Of a stretch of DNA of 64,000 nucleotides, positions 49,040-63,639 are shown in pieces. How positions within the stretch are numbered: position 1 is the stretch's first letter; the number at the start of each line of letters is the position of its first letter. The stretch comes from the human T2T-CHM13v2.0 reference genome, Homo sapiens: the NCBI RefSeq assembly GCF_009914755.1, contig NC_060928.1. The stretch is one strand, 5' to 3'. The notes beneath the pieces were generated by a model. It saw nothing but the letters and a program-made list of their open reading frames with translations, had not been told where the DNA came from and made no database searches. A program made the position numbers and the translations under genes.

Positions 49040-51252
49040 TAAGAACAGTTTGTTTACCAAGTTAGGACAGTGGTTATGATTTCTCAATTTACACATATTC
49101 CTTTTGAAAATCTTAGAAAAAATGTTTCACCAATGTTAAGGTACAACTCTTGAATATGCAGCGTAGTCTTCTCTCTTTATTCTGAATAACAGAAGCACGT
49201 AAATTAAATTATCCTCTTTGCACAATTATTCCCCCCAAAACTAATTTATAACATATAATTATCTCCCTAAAAAGCAGTTACAAACCATAAATTGAATATG
49301 AATAAAATATGAAAAAGAGCACAAATTTTAAAGCCCTCCATGCAAAAAAAAATTAATACATTGGCTTTACCTATAAACCTTATTTTGTTAATGCTAAGCA
49401 CAGAACCCTTATGGGCTCATAGGAGTCAGCAAACAGCTACAGATGAGTCTTCTTGTTAAGAATTCATTCAATGCTTCTCAGAATAGCAGATTTTAAAAAA
49501 TGAATTCACTGAGGTTCTTAAACCTCTGAACATAAGGCAACAGTTCACAACTGATTTCAGAAATAGAAGGTAAGTATTAAATTACAAATTCTACTAGGTC
49601 AGTGGGAGTGGGCGGATTCACCTGGAGTGGAGCAGTGAAGGTTTATTTTACCTCTTTCAAGATCTCTCCATATATTCCACCAGTTTGAGATAGGCTGGGG
49701 GAGGAGGTGGAATAGCTTAAAAGGTTATATTTCTTATTTTAAAGTATAAAAACATACACTTAAAGGCTAAACCTATCTATAACCTACATCTTAATGTCAG
49801 CAAAACATACTGCTTTCTACCCAAATCACCAATTGAATCAGCCTCGCTCATGATTTCAGAGCATAAGGTGTCCAGAGAAGAAAACTCAAGACTGAATGGG
49901 CTGCCATAATGGGGAAGTACAGGTAGCCAAAGGCCAGCAATTGAGACAGCATTAGAGAAACTATCTACTATGTCTGAATAAGCTCCCCTACCTTACAAGC
50001 ATCAACTACTACATTGAAACCATTCTGAGTGCTGCATTTCCTATATGTGCCTAGACTTGGTAATGCCTGATAAATTCTGTATATTACCACGTCTTGCATT
50101 TAATAGACAATTTGTTTAATGATACTAACTTTACTCACACTTAATTGACTTTCTCATATCCTGAGATTAATCTAAGAAAACTATTTCAAAGATAAATTTA
50201 AAATAATTTTTAAGGAACCCAGAATTTTTATTTAGAACACTGCTTTGACTTTTGTTATTACTTTGTATTTATTAGTATATCCTATTCATAATTTTGCACT
50301 GACTTTCAATATAAAATTAAATCTCTGCTTACACAAAATAACTGTCAGCTCCAAATCAACATGAATGGAGTGACACTGAAAATATCATACTATTCCCGAT
50401 AAAAAGAGTTTAATGCAAAATAATTATTACCTGGTATTTCACATTCGGTTTGTGTCTTTATCTCTACTCCCAGGCAAATATTCTCACTTAAGACCAGTGC
50501 CTTCACTGCTTCTTGTAAAGACATTTAATTTAATGTTATTGCATATTTATTTATTTTTTATGCTTATTCATACAGAATTTATTACTTTCTAGAATTTTGG
50601 GATAAGAATCATAATCACTAATGCAAAATACTCTTAATTTTTTAAATGTTGTATTTCTCGTTTTTAAATATTAATAGTTCACTATTCTAAGTTTTTCATG
50701 AATAAAAAACACATCCTAAGTTCATGAAATCTGTGCGGTTCACTACTGTACCAGGTATTAAAACCTTAAGGGCTAATCCTCTTCACTTATGAGAATTTCT
50801 CAAGAATGAGTCAAATGCGCCACATTTAAATTTGCAGATTATTTTGTCTAGCTGCTCAATCAAGAGAAATACCACTCAAAGAAATCAATTCTAAATTCAT
50901 GTCTTTAATGAATACTATGTTTTGCAACCTGTATAAAAACTGATCACCCAAGCACATGCAAAAGGAATATAGTTATCTTTAGTGGGCTTGCTAAAGTATT
51001 GACAACTAATCAGTGTCCTCTAAATACTCTTATTTTGGCAACAGCCCACAAGGTTAACTTTTAGAAAATTCAGCTTGATACAAGAAAATAATTCATCATA
51101 ATTAGACAATATAATTTTTCCACTTTTGAGACAAAATATATAAATCAATACTTGTTTATATGACTTGCAAAATGTCTATACACTAAGATTGCTACAGTCT
51201 ATGAGGTAACCAAAGGTAAGTGATACACATCCTTTAGAAAACACAATTTGTC

Positions 51253-51400
51253 TGGGGGGATGATTGCACATGTATTTAAATATGTTAAAACCACTGAATT
51301 GTGTATTTTAAATGTGTGATTATATGGTATGTGAATTGTATCTCATGAAGGCTTTTTAAACAAAACAACACTGATGTAACTTAGACCAAAAAAAAAAAAA
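51253..51400 (+). mobile_element. L1M(B/E) 3'-end fragment with TSD, inside the CBR4 3' UTR
   Basis: aaaaccactgaattgtgtattttaaatg...gtatgtgaattgtatctca, then A-tail; cacaatttgtc on both sides. Confidence 0.75.
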
Positions 51401-51575
51401 CCACAATTTGTCACACATTGTTCTTTTGAGACATATTTTTATAAAGACAGAAATTAACATTTGTAGCATCAGCAGGTTTGATTAGCACATGTTACCCATG
51501 TAGGTATAATTGTCTAATCAGTAGCCAAAGTGTGCCCTTGATGCTAATCACCCCTATAACTGAATAATCTGCAAA

Positions 51576-51754
51576 TTACAAAATGAGTTGTAATCCCCCA
51601 TCCACTACCAGAACATGCCCTGTAATATACGGTGATTCTAAAAGAAACACAACCGCATGTGCCACCTCAATAGTTTCTCCAAACCTCCCAAGAGGAATAT
51701 TTTTCTTTAAATGTTCTTCTTTCAAGTCTTTCGTCATATCTGTGTGTACAAATC
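51576..51754 (-). CDS. CBR4: CBR4 last coding exon (carbonyl reductase 4 / 3-oxoacyl-ACP reductase subunit)
   Basis: Acceptor ctcttttag|GA; translation (G)[58 protein letters not shown], the FabG-like SDR C-terminus; phase matches the upstream exon. Confidence 0.97.
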
Positions 51755-51870
51755 CTAAAAGAGAAATGTTTGTTTAGTTGAAAAGGGTACACACTAAGAC
51801 ATCTGCTGAATTTCAAAAAAAATAATAAATTTGTTTCTGAAAATTTTAATTTGAAATTATTTAAAAAAAA

Positions 51871-52147
51871 ATTTTTTTTTGAGACAGGGTCTCACTCTGT
51901 CACCCAAGCTAGAATGCAGTGGTGCAAACACGACTCACTGCAGCCTGGACCTCTGGGGCACAGGTGATCCTCTTGCCTCAGCCTCCCAAGTAGCTGGGAC
52001 TATAGGCATGCACCACCACACCTGGCTAGTTTTTGTACTTTTTGTAGAGTTGGGCCAGGCTGATCTCAAACTTCTGGACTCAAGGGATCGGCCCACCTCA
52101 GCCTCCCAAAGTGCTGGGATTACAGGCATGAGCCACCATACCCACCC
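51871..52147 (-). mobile_element. AluJ
   Basis: Reverse Alu; TSD taatttgaaattatt. Confidence 0.92.
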
Positions 52148-52165
52148 TATAATTTGAAATTATTA

Positions 52166-52502
<337 letters not shown>

Positions 52503-53704
52503 ATAGTTTTGTTAGTAATCAAGACACCAAGCCTACATTTTTATACAATTTAACTCAATGAATATTTATTGGACACTAAAATATCTGACCCCCAAGTATC
52601 TGGCCCACCTAGCAAAATATAAGTAGGTAGACACAAACATGAATAAAACAAAATTCCACTCTTTGGGGAACCTATGATTTGTGGAGGAAATGGTCACTTG
52701 CACACCCGATTATAACGTAAAGAAGTCTGGTGAATATCCTGATAGAAGTATATATAAAATATCATAGAATACATTAATTTTCACTTAGGTAGGGATAGAA
52801 AAGTAGAAAGTAGTGTCAAGGGAAGGAAGGCATCACAAAAGTGGTCACATGAACTGATTTGGTAGCTGATGATTAGAAAGGCCAGTATTTCCCATATCTG
52901 GATTTTAAAATCTTACAGTCATATCCAATTCTGATACAAGTAAACATAGAAAATTCAAATTCAGTAAAGCCTGCCAAGAAAATGTTCTAAAGAATGTATT
53001 AGGTTCTACAGTATAAAGAACTAACTACATAATATATAACCAACCAATCCTAAATAACTACAAATACATACCAGGGAGAACTGTAGACTTATGAAGAAAA
53101 TCTTACAAGATTAATACAGGACATACAAATACGTATTAATAAAATGCTTAGCCCATATAATCAGTATCCTGTATATTACTCAATCATTTGGGTTTTTAAA
53201 AAGAAAGCAATATTAATCCTCATGAAAAGAATAGAAAAAAATTTTTAAGGTCATGAAAAATAGATGGACTAAAACTTCAACATGACGTGTGAAGTAAACA
53301 TTTAATGTGCAATCTCAAAAATACAGTTTTCAAATTGCCTGTTAAAACTAAATCATTTATAGCTCAAACTATAGATAAACCTAAATATATTACCTTTTAA
53401 AGTACCATAATAAATGTGAAGTAAACAATGAATTAAGAATTAACATTAGGCCATTGGTTTATTATGCAATACTATGTAATTACTTAACTTTCCTTTCTTT
53501 AGGTTTGCAGTTATAAATATCTACGCATTTTCTTAAAAGTCTTGTGAAAAATATTCACAGATTTGTCTATCATGAAGCTTATGAATGACACTTTCATTAG
53601 GAAAAAACTGAAACAAGCTGAATGTCTTTCAATAAGAAACTGGTTAAATAAGTTATGATACAGCCATACAACAGAATAATGCAGGTATTAAAAATAATGC
53701 TATA

Positions 53705-53960
53705 TGTTCTCACTTGTAACTGGGAGCTAAAGAATGTGTACACATGGATGTGATCACAATGGAGATTCAGAAGGGTGAGAGGGTGGGACAGAGGTGAATA
53801 AGAAATTACCTAATAGGTACAATGGGTGTTATTCAGGTGACAGATACCCTAAAAGCCCTGACTTCCCACTATGAAATCTATGCATATAACCAAACTGCAT
53901 CTGCACCTGCATTCATTTGTATTTATACAAATAAATGAATAAGATAAAAATAAAAAATAA
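53705..53960 (+). mobile_element. L1PB4-like 3' end inserted in an older L1M
   Basis: atgttctcacttgtaactgggagctaa...ccctaaaagccctgacttc; TSD aaaaat(a/t)atgctata. Confidence 0.8.
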
Positions 53961-54538
53961 AAATTATGCTATAGAAGGATACTTAAATCTGAAAGTAACA
54001 TTTGTGTATAAAATGTAGGTTACAAATGAATTAAGTTATACCACTATTAAAAACACAACAAAGAACTTATACTAATGACTGAAAAAAGTACTATATACCA
54101 AAATATTAACAGTGATTATCATTAGATACTAGAATTACAGGTAATGATTTTTATTTTCTTTATATTTTTCTGCTCTTTCCAAACTGTCTACAACAGATAT
54201 ATATATTATTTTTGTATTCAGATAAAAAGTTGTTGAAAAAATGCACACAGTACTACCTTCAGATAGTCTGTAATGAAGGCCTGGAATAACAAAACTAATT
54301 TTGTATTATGTATGTTTCACTGTGAAATTACACAGTGAAATACAGTCTTCTCTGCCATAAAATCTTACCACATTTATTTTAAAAGTCAGCAATATTTCCT
54401 TCATATCCTCTCATCTTTAAGAAGAATGAGAAGGCCAGAAGGAATGCAAGAATAAAAGGAGAAGCAGCTAACACAGATATTGATACTAGCCTCTGCAGAA
54501 TTTCCAACAAACTATAAATGAAACTTAATTTACAGTGA

Positions 54539-54937
<399 letters not shown>

Positions 54938-55401
54938 AACAAAAGTATTTTCAAAAGTGCCTCAGAGAGTATCCTAGGAAGAAAACCTCATCTCACACTT
55001 GTAATAAAAGCAGAATGAATAAAAATTGTCAAAAACATGTAAAAGTTCATGTTATCTTCTCAAAGATAGACACAATTATCCTTTAAGTTCTTTTCAAACT
55101 CTAGCAAAATTAGCATAGAATACTTCCCAGTAACTCTCACAAACTGTCAGCATAAAAATCGATGCATTTTAACCCAAAAAACAAAAACAGAAAAACACAA
55201 TAAACTACAGTAGAAATGGTTTGCAAGAAAGACCTTGTGACTATGCAAATCCCAGGCTCAACTTCTGACTCTGCTGGCCTGGCCTTTTCTCAAAGGCAGT
55301 ATTTTGTGGTTAAAAAAAACCACTGGATTAGGACACATTAAACTAGATTCTGTTCCCTGCTCTGCTGATACTATTAAAGCTATCACCCGAGAAAAGTCAC
55401 G

Positions 55402-55906
55402 TGCTAAGACCAGCTCGGTCACGGAGACCTTAACACAGCAGCACTAGAGGAATTAAAGACACACACAGAAATATAGTGTGGAGTGGGAAATCAGGGGTCT
55501 CACGGCCTTCAGAGCTGAGAGCCTCAAACAGACATTCACCCACATATTTACTGACAGCAAGCCAGTGATAAGCATTCTTTCTATAGATGATAGATTAACT
55601 AAAAGTATTCCTTACGGGAAACAAAGGGATGGGCCGAAATAAAGGGATGGGTCTGGCTAGTTATCAGCAGCAGGAGCAAGCCCTTAAGGCACAGATCGCT
55701 CATGCTATTGTCTGTGGTTCAGGAACGCCTTTAAGCGGTTTTCCACCCTGGGTGGGCCAGGTGTTCCTTGCCCTCATTCCGGTAAACCCACAATCTTCAG
55801 CATGGGTGTCATGGCCATCACAAACAGGTCACGGTGCTGCAGGGATTTTGTTTATGGCCAGTTTGGGGGCCAGTTTATGGCCAGATTTGGGGGCCTGATC
55901 CCAACA
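55402..55906 (-). mobile_element. MER9 (HERV-K HML-3) solo LTR, inserted in a MIR
   Basis: Minus starts TGTTGGGATCAGGCCCCCAAATCTGGCCATAAACTGG and ends GAGCTGGTCTTAGCA; 6-bp TSD gtca(c/t)g. Confidence 0.92.
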
Positions 55907-55963
55907 GTCATGTACTATCTGCAACTGAATGACCATTTCTGTATCATAAAATGAATGTAATAG

Positions 55964-56482
<519 letters not shown>

Positions 56483-56963
56483 CTGAGGTTTCTTTTAGCC
56501 CTACAACACTACGATTCAAAGATTAAAAGTATGCCTCATTAAGTACTCTTCATGACAACTTGACTTGAACTTTAGGAATGTAAGTTCCCTTAAAAGGGCC
56601 CTCAGTTCTTACATTGGTAGGTACATAGAGGTTAGAATACTTCCAATTCAAGAAGCACTAACGCTAACCTGGGTTTTCATCCATGCTGTGTTGAAAGGAA
56701 CTGATCAGCCCTTCTTCTGGGTGGATGTTAGTTCTGATATGTTTGTCCTTTCGGAGACAAAAAGTAAGGCCACAAAAGTTGTGAGTGACCATTTGAACAG
56801 GTTTTTTCACCTCGGGGAAAAAAGCAGATCTAGAATAAGGCATGAGATACTGGAAGGTCTCCAAGCCTTAGACAGGCAAGGAGACCTAAGCAGTGAGACA
56901 CTTTCAGGGACAATCCCAGTGAGATGGAAAGATGACCTCTACCACACAGACATGGGCTGACAT

Positions 56964-57211
56964 CCTTCTTTCTGCTTGTATTACTTTCTAGTCTGTGCTC
57001 TCTCTCCTTGGCCCCAAAGGACTCTCCCCCATATCATCCTTTCATTTCATTTGTAAAACTCTGGAAATTTTGCTCTACTCCCCTTTTTGCTAGGTATACA
57101 TTTACAATGCCTTTCACACTAGGCTATAAACATTACAAACTACCAGTAGGTGCCACTGTCCAACAAATAATGCTACTGCATCTCCTGGAGAGTTAGACGT
57201 TTCCAGTTTGG
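56964..57211. repeat. About 250-bp direct repeat, copy 1
   Basis: About 90% identical by eye to 58410-58656. Confidence 0.93.
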
Positions 57212-57744
57212 AGGACAGACATGTGATCCCCCAAAAACAACCAAGTAAGCTAGATATGGAACAGATAAAGGCTAACATCTTGAAGCTTTTAATAAGGTCT
57301 TGTTAAATGTTATAGCCTGGATTCATCTCTGCTATAGTCTATGTCTATGTTAGGTCAGATCTGTACAAGAGAGAGTGGTGCCCTCTGAATCCAACATGAT
57401 TACAAGAAGTCCAGAACAGGAATGATGATGTTCAGCCACCCACCTCGAATGAAAAGTCTCCCTCCACTGCTCAAGCTTAGAAGATAAGGGTGTGATTTAT
57501 TTAGGGAAAGCTTGCCACAATCTCTCCCCAGACCTATGAATGGATACTTGGAATAACAAATATCAGGGGACAGCTGCTAGCCATCACTGAACTCTGCACT
57601 AAAAGTAAAGTGGGTGAGAGAGGCCAAGTTGAAAGGAAGGGATGAATTCACCAATGCTGGTTTTTCCTCTTTGATTATGTTATTTTCTATGGAGGACATG
57701 AACATGTCCAAAGAGCCTCTCTTCATTTTCTGTAGCTTTTTAAA

Positions 57745-58125
57745 AAATTTATAAACTTTACATTTTTGAGGAATTTTAGGTTTACAGAAAAATTGAACAC
57801 AACGTTCAGATAGATCCCATGCACCCCCTTTTCACATCACCCCCCCCTTTCCATTTCCCATTACTAACATCTTACCTTAGTGTGGCACATTTATTACAAC
57901 TGATAAACCAATATTGATACATTATTAAGTAAAGTCCATAGTTTACATTAGGGTTCACTCTTTATTTTATATATTTATGTATTCATTTATTAATACCATT
58001 TTGTCTTCACAAGCTAAGGGTTCACTCTTTAGACTGTACAGTTCTACAGGTTTGGACAAATGCATAATATCATGTGTCCACCATTACAGTAGCAGACAGA
58101 ATAGTTTTACTGCCCTAATAATCTG
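57745..58125 (-). mobile_element. L1MC1/2-like 3' end
   Basis: ttttaggtttacagaaaaattg...aaagtccatagtttacattagggttcactc; TSD tctgtagctttttaaaa. Confidence 0.82.
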
Positions 58126-58409
58126 TCTGTAGCTTTTTAAAACTCATGTATCTGTCCCCACTTTATCAGAAATTAAATAAAATTTATCAGAAATTAAATT
58201 AAAAATGTAAAGCTAGTCTCTAATGATAAATTACTCTGGGCTGTATGGAACTTCCATGTCATTTTATATTAAAGGTTATGAACCACGTGATCTTCATTTA
58301 TAAATATATTCACAACCCAGGACATGACATATAAATGGTCTCTTAGGTTCCATATCATGTATCACAGACCTGAAGAGAGAGATTAATAGTCCTTAAACAA
58401 CTCACACAC

Positions 58410-58656
58410 CCTTCTTACTACTTGTATTACTTTCCGGTCTGTGCTCTCTCTCCTTGGCCCCAAAGGACTCTCCCCCATATCATTCTTTCACTTCATTTAT
58501 AAAATTCTGGAAATTGTGCTCTACTCCCCTTTTTGCTAGGTATATATTAACAATGCCTTTCAAACTAGGCTATAAAATTTACAGACTACCAGTAGATGCC
58601 ACTGTCCAACAAATGATGCTACTGCATCACCTGGACAGTCAGAGGTTTCCAATTGG
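58410..58656. repeat. About 250-bp direct repeat, copy 2
   Basis: Near-identical mini-ORFs MAPKDSPPYH... at 57008 and 58454. Confidence 0.93.
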
Positions 58657-58879
58657 CTACAAAGTTATCACTTCTTAACTCGACGAAAAGATAACTGAAA
58701 TGACAAGCATTAAACCAATTTAGAGCAAAGATACTTCTAGTTTAGTTCCATATATGTGATTAAAAACCCAGTTCAATTTTTATAGGAACTCTTTAGGAAC
58801 AGGGACACTCTTGCTCAAAAAGGTAAATGCATGGCTCCTGCCCAATGAGGATTTATATTTGATAAACTCTAAAGATATA

Positions 58880-59030
58880 GGCCAGGTGTGGTGGCTTATG
58901 CCTGTAATCCCAGCTACTACTGAGGCAGGAGGATCGCTTGAACCCAGAAGGTCTAGGCTGCAGTGAGCCAAGACTGCACCACTATACTCCAACCTAGGCA
59001 ACAGAATGAAACCCCATCTCAAAAAAATTT
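58880..59030 (+). mobile_element. Alu monomer (FRAM-like)
   Basis: Single right-arm-type monomer with A-tail. Confidence 0.85.
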
Positions 59031-59499
59031 TTAAACAATTTTTTTAAAAAGATTATATCCTTTATCGATTTCTGACTAGCTATAAACTATAAATAGAAAC
59101 ACCTCATTTCCATATCCCTAGGTCATTATTTTAGTTTTCAACATTTTTATATACAGCAGAGCCTTTATATTTAAAAAGGCATCAGGATTTTAGCCTATCA
59201 CTAGTACTAACAATTGTGAGATGGGGCACTATTTGATGTATCTGCCAGATAAGATGTCCACTCTTTGATGTAAGTTTCTAGGACTCAAAAAGAACAAAAA
59301 CAACCCAACACTTTTCTAAGGGAGAAGAAATAAGGCTCTTACCAAAAAGCTAAACCAAGATTTTAACTAGAACAAATTTCTATGTCTTAATATTATATTT
59401 GTAGAGGGAAGCAGAGTGGGAAATCAACTTCATTCCAAACAGCACATAAGAACACTTAGAATATCTTCTCTGAGTAGCTAACAAACTCATGCAAATCTT

Positions 59500-60420
59500 T
59501 GTCAACAAGATTTTCTCCAAGTAGTAAACATAAAAGCTCTTCAACTTAAAAAATAAAGTACTGAAACACTTAAGGTATCCTGTAGAAATAAACATAATAC
59601 TATTTGTCAAAATTAAAAATGCACATACCTCTGAAGCCTTTGCAGTTCCAGTCCCAAGATTACACTCATATACTTGCAAATGTGCAAAATAAACTCCATA
59701 CAAGTATTGTCACTGCATCATTAGTTGTAACAGAAAAAGTTCAGAACAAAACTAAATGTCCATCAAAAGGCAACAGGTTAAATAAATTAGGTATACCTTT
59801 AAAACAAACATCATTTTCTGTTTTCATTCAGTCATTAAAAGTGACATAACAGTCACAAAACACCAAATATTACATGATTCAATTTATATGAAATGTCCAG
59901 AATATGCAAATCTGTAGATACAGAAAGTAGTTTAGTGTACTGGGGAGATTGGAAAGAAATAGGGAATGAATGTTAATGGGTTTAGGATTTCTTTAAGGAT
60001 GATGAAAACGTTCTAAAATTTACTGTGGTGAAGATTGAACAATTCTGGGACTATACTAAAACCACTGAATTGACTGAATTGTAAACTTTAAATGGGTGAA
60101 TTGTATGGTATGTGAATTGTATTTCCACAAAGCTGTTATTTAAAAAAGTGAAGCAGCTCTATATGGAATAACACAGAAACATCACCAAGGTATCTTGTTC
60201 TATGAATAAAGGAAGATACAGAAAGCTGTGAATTGCATGATACAATTTGTGTTTTCTTACACTCATGCCCAGCATGCTTTATTGGCTTATATATGAAATA
60301 CAAAAGAAACTTTGTAGTTAACAGCAACTACTTTTAAGTAACTGAATGTCCAGAGGAGAAAAGACTCTTTATGCCTTTTTGTACTTTTGAATTTCGTACT
60401 ATATGTATTATCTATTCAAA
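59500..60420 (+). mobile_element. L1ME and L1MB 3' fragments
   Basis: gattcaatttatatgaaatgtccagaatatgcaaatc...gatgaaaacgttctaaaatt...aaatgggtgaattgtatggtatgtgaatt. Confidence 0.7.
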
Positions 60421-62398
60421 ACACATATTTTTTAAGGTAATACAGCCATTACAGTTTCCATTTATCAAATATTATTTCTAATATTCAATATCTTCCAATC
60501 AGTATGATTTCCCATGAACAGTTTATTTTATATTTAAAGTAATACCAAAGATTAGCAGCTATTGATCTTTAAAAAGTCAACAGTATTAGGCAATGAATCG
60601 CAGCCTAATTTATTATTTTCCTTGTTCCTTGCTTTTCCTGTTATAATTTGCTTTTAAACTGTTTTCCTGCTAATTGGAAACTCCATTTGAAGGTGACCAG
60701 GAAAACTGACATAAAAGGACACATATTTGTTAACTGTGATGTTTGTTAGCTGTGTTACAAGATCTGTTGAAGAATCTGGTTGAAATTACTATCTAAAATA
60801 AAGTTGGTAAGTAATCCACAGAACTGATTTAATTCTACTATTTCAAGTTGCACTTTGCTTCTGACAAATGATGCATATTCATACCATCAAATCTGCTAAA
60901 TATACATAAAGGCCACTCTATTAAATGGCCACATTTTCAGCTACAGGTTTTTATCTGTAGTATAAATTGCACTGGAAATCCATAATATATAAATATATAT
61001 TATGCTCTATAAGGGTTGTATGCTCAACAAAAAAGGGGAGTGATAAATAAAACCACCACTTTCAAAAAAAAAAAAAAAAAACTGCACTGGAAAGTAAAAT
61101 CTTTAAGAAAGAAAGACTACAACCACACTTCCATAACAATCTTAAAACTTCCCCTTAGTATGCAAACTGGATTCCCACTATTTAGTCTACTGCCTTGACA
61201 ACTATTTACTCTAAACTAGACAAAATTAAGCATTCTTTCCTTCTTCAACATTTCTATAGCACCATATATGTACCTCTATTTTATATTCGTCATATGACAC
61301 TGCAATTATTTGTTTACATGTCAGTCTTTTTCACTATACTTAGCTCCTTGTGCAGAAATATCTTATTCATTCCTGTAATTTGGGGAGCTAGCTCAGTCCC
61401 TACACGTAGGAGACATGCCAGAAAGTTTGCTGCATGAGTTATTGTTAGCTAAGTACACTTCCATTCCCCGAAACCATTCAGCTTTTGTATTATCATGAAC
61501 TAAAATTAACCCTTCATTACCCACAGTATTCCAATCCTGAAAAGAGAAGGAAGCAAATACATGTAGTTCCAAACCACAAATAATTTATTCCACAGATAGT
61601 TCATCTAGGCTAACGCTAAAAATCAATCAGCTTGCATAAAGCATACACAAAGAGAAAACAGTGCTAAGATAACAGCAATGCTGCTTCTGGATTGTTTTTT
61701 CTTTTTCTTTCTCTCCCTACTCCCAGCAAATAGATGTATCTGAACCACAGTCACTTATCAAATATTCATAGATTTAGAATGTCTGAATGTAGCTAGTTGC
61801 TATGAGAAAAAAAAAAAAGAAAAGAAAAGAATTGAAATAAAGACACACTATAGACCAAAAGGGTTAATAGGATATTTTGATAAATCCCTGATACCTGCTG
61901 GCTCAACTTCAGTGCCAAAGAAAACACCAACTGTAAGGTCCAAGCTGGAGCCATTAGTGACCGGAAAGGGAAAGGTAGCAAAGGTCTACTTCAGCCCTCT
62001 CTTTCTTACAAACGACCAGCAAACCAAAATAAACTGCCTTTTCTTATATAGGTGATTAATTCTTAAGTACCTACAGTAGGCTAGGACAAAGATTCCATGG
62101 CTAACTGGCAGAGGTAGATAAAAACACTTGTGTTACTCAAAAACCAAGTAAATACCTAATCAAAATTTCTAGCACACCAGCTAATTAGTGATCATATATT
62201 TTTGAGTTTTAGCACCTTTTTATTACCCTCTTCATTAATCCAGGCAATTTTATCAACTAGTACCCTGGCGAAAGGCAAATAATGGAAAAGTAAAAATTAG
62301 GAAAATGGGAGGTTCCAGATAGTTTAGACAGACCATAGTAGTAAAAGGACAAAACTATCTAAAGTTTGTGTAATGATATAAAGAAAATCTAAAAAGAA

Positions 62399-62708
<310 letters not shown>

Positions 62709-62905
62709 TAAGCTCCCATTAGGTGGAAATCAAAAGACAAAGCTTTTAGTAACAGTTCTTCCATAAACTAGCTGTGTAACCTTAGGCAAGTCACTCTGAA
62801 TCCCAGGTACAGTTTTCTAATCTACAAAAATGACTGGAAAAAATTATTTCTAAGACCCTCTCCACCTTAAGTTATTCCACTAGTGCAAAATTTAAAAATA
62901 AAGAC

Positions 62906-63314
62906 TCTTATGGTTTGGATGTCTGTCCCCTCCAAATCTCATGTTGAAATGTGATTCCCAATGTTGGAGGTGGGCCTAGCGGGAGGTGTTTGGGTCATGG
63001 AGGCGGATTCCTCATGAATAGCTTGGTGCCCTCCACATGGTAAATAATGAGTTCTCACTGTTAGTTCATGCCAGAGCTGGTTGTTTAGAGCCTGCCACCT
63101 CCTCTCTCTCTTGCTCCTGCTATCCCCATATGACTTGGCTGCTACCTCTTTACCTTCCGCCATGACTGAAAAAAAGTTTCCTGGGCCTCACCAGAAGCTG
63201 AGCAGATGTTGGTGTCATGCTTGTACAGCCTGCAGGCCCGAGAGCCAAATAAGCCTCTTTTTTTTATGAATTACCTCAGACAGTCCTTTAGAGCAATGCA
63301 AACAGGCTAACACA
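62906..63314 (+). mobile_element. MSTB-like MaLR solo LTR
   Basis: tatggtttggatgtctgtcccctccaaatctcatgttgaaatgtg ... aacaggctaacaca; TSD (a/t)agac. Confidence 0.88.
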
Positions 63315-63497
63315 TAGACTTTATATAGAATATGAGGTACAAAAAATTTTTTTGAGTCCCCCAGTTCATTATTTGATTCTTTTCACAATCATTTTACAAA
63401 CTATTCTACCCAGATGTCAATTACTAATGTTCCAAATAATGGCTTCCCTATAAAACAATAATCATAATCAAGTTATTTTAATAAAGTTTTCACTAAC

Positions 63498-63632
63498 CTG
63501 GTGCAACTACATTCACTCTAATTTTCTTTCTTGCTACCTCTTTAGCAAGAGCACGTGAAAATCCAACTAATCCTCCTTTACTGGCACTGTAAACGGACTG
63601 GCCAGAGTTGCCTTTTAAGCCAACAATGCTTC
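63498..63632 (-). CDS. CBR4: CBR4 penultimate coding exon (135 nt) with catalytic YxxxK
   Basis: Acceptor (T)24gtcctag|GA, donor CCAG|gttagt; translation (G)[44 protein letters not shown](G). Confidence 0.97.
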
Positions 63633-63639
63633 CTAGGAC

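Larger units (their letters stand above)
49015..51575 (-). other. CBR4: Probable CBR4 3' UTR (about 2.5 kb); distal end inferred
   Basis: AT-rich, nearly repeat-free sequence continuing from the stop codon to an AATAAA at 49039-49034. Confidence 0.65.

Noticed and set aside
51583-51777. Plus-strand 64-aa ORF
   Set aside because: Antisense shadow of the CBR4 last exon
56565-56960. 131-aa ORF in the CBR4 intron
   Set aside because: Non-ATG start, antisense to CBR4 and no recognisable motif; the region may be an old unrecognised repeat, which I cannot resolve by eye
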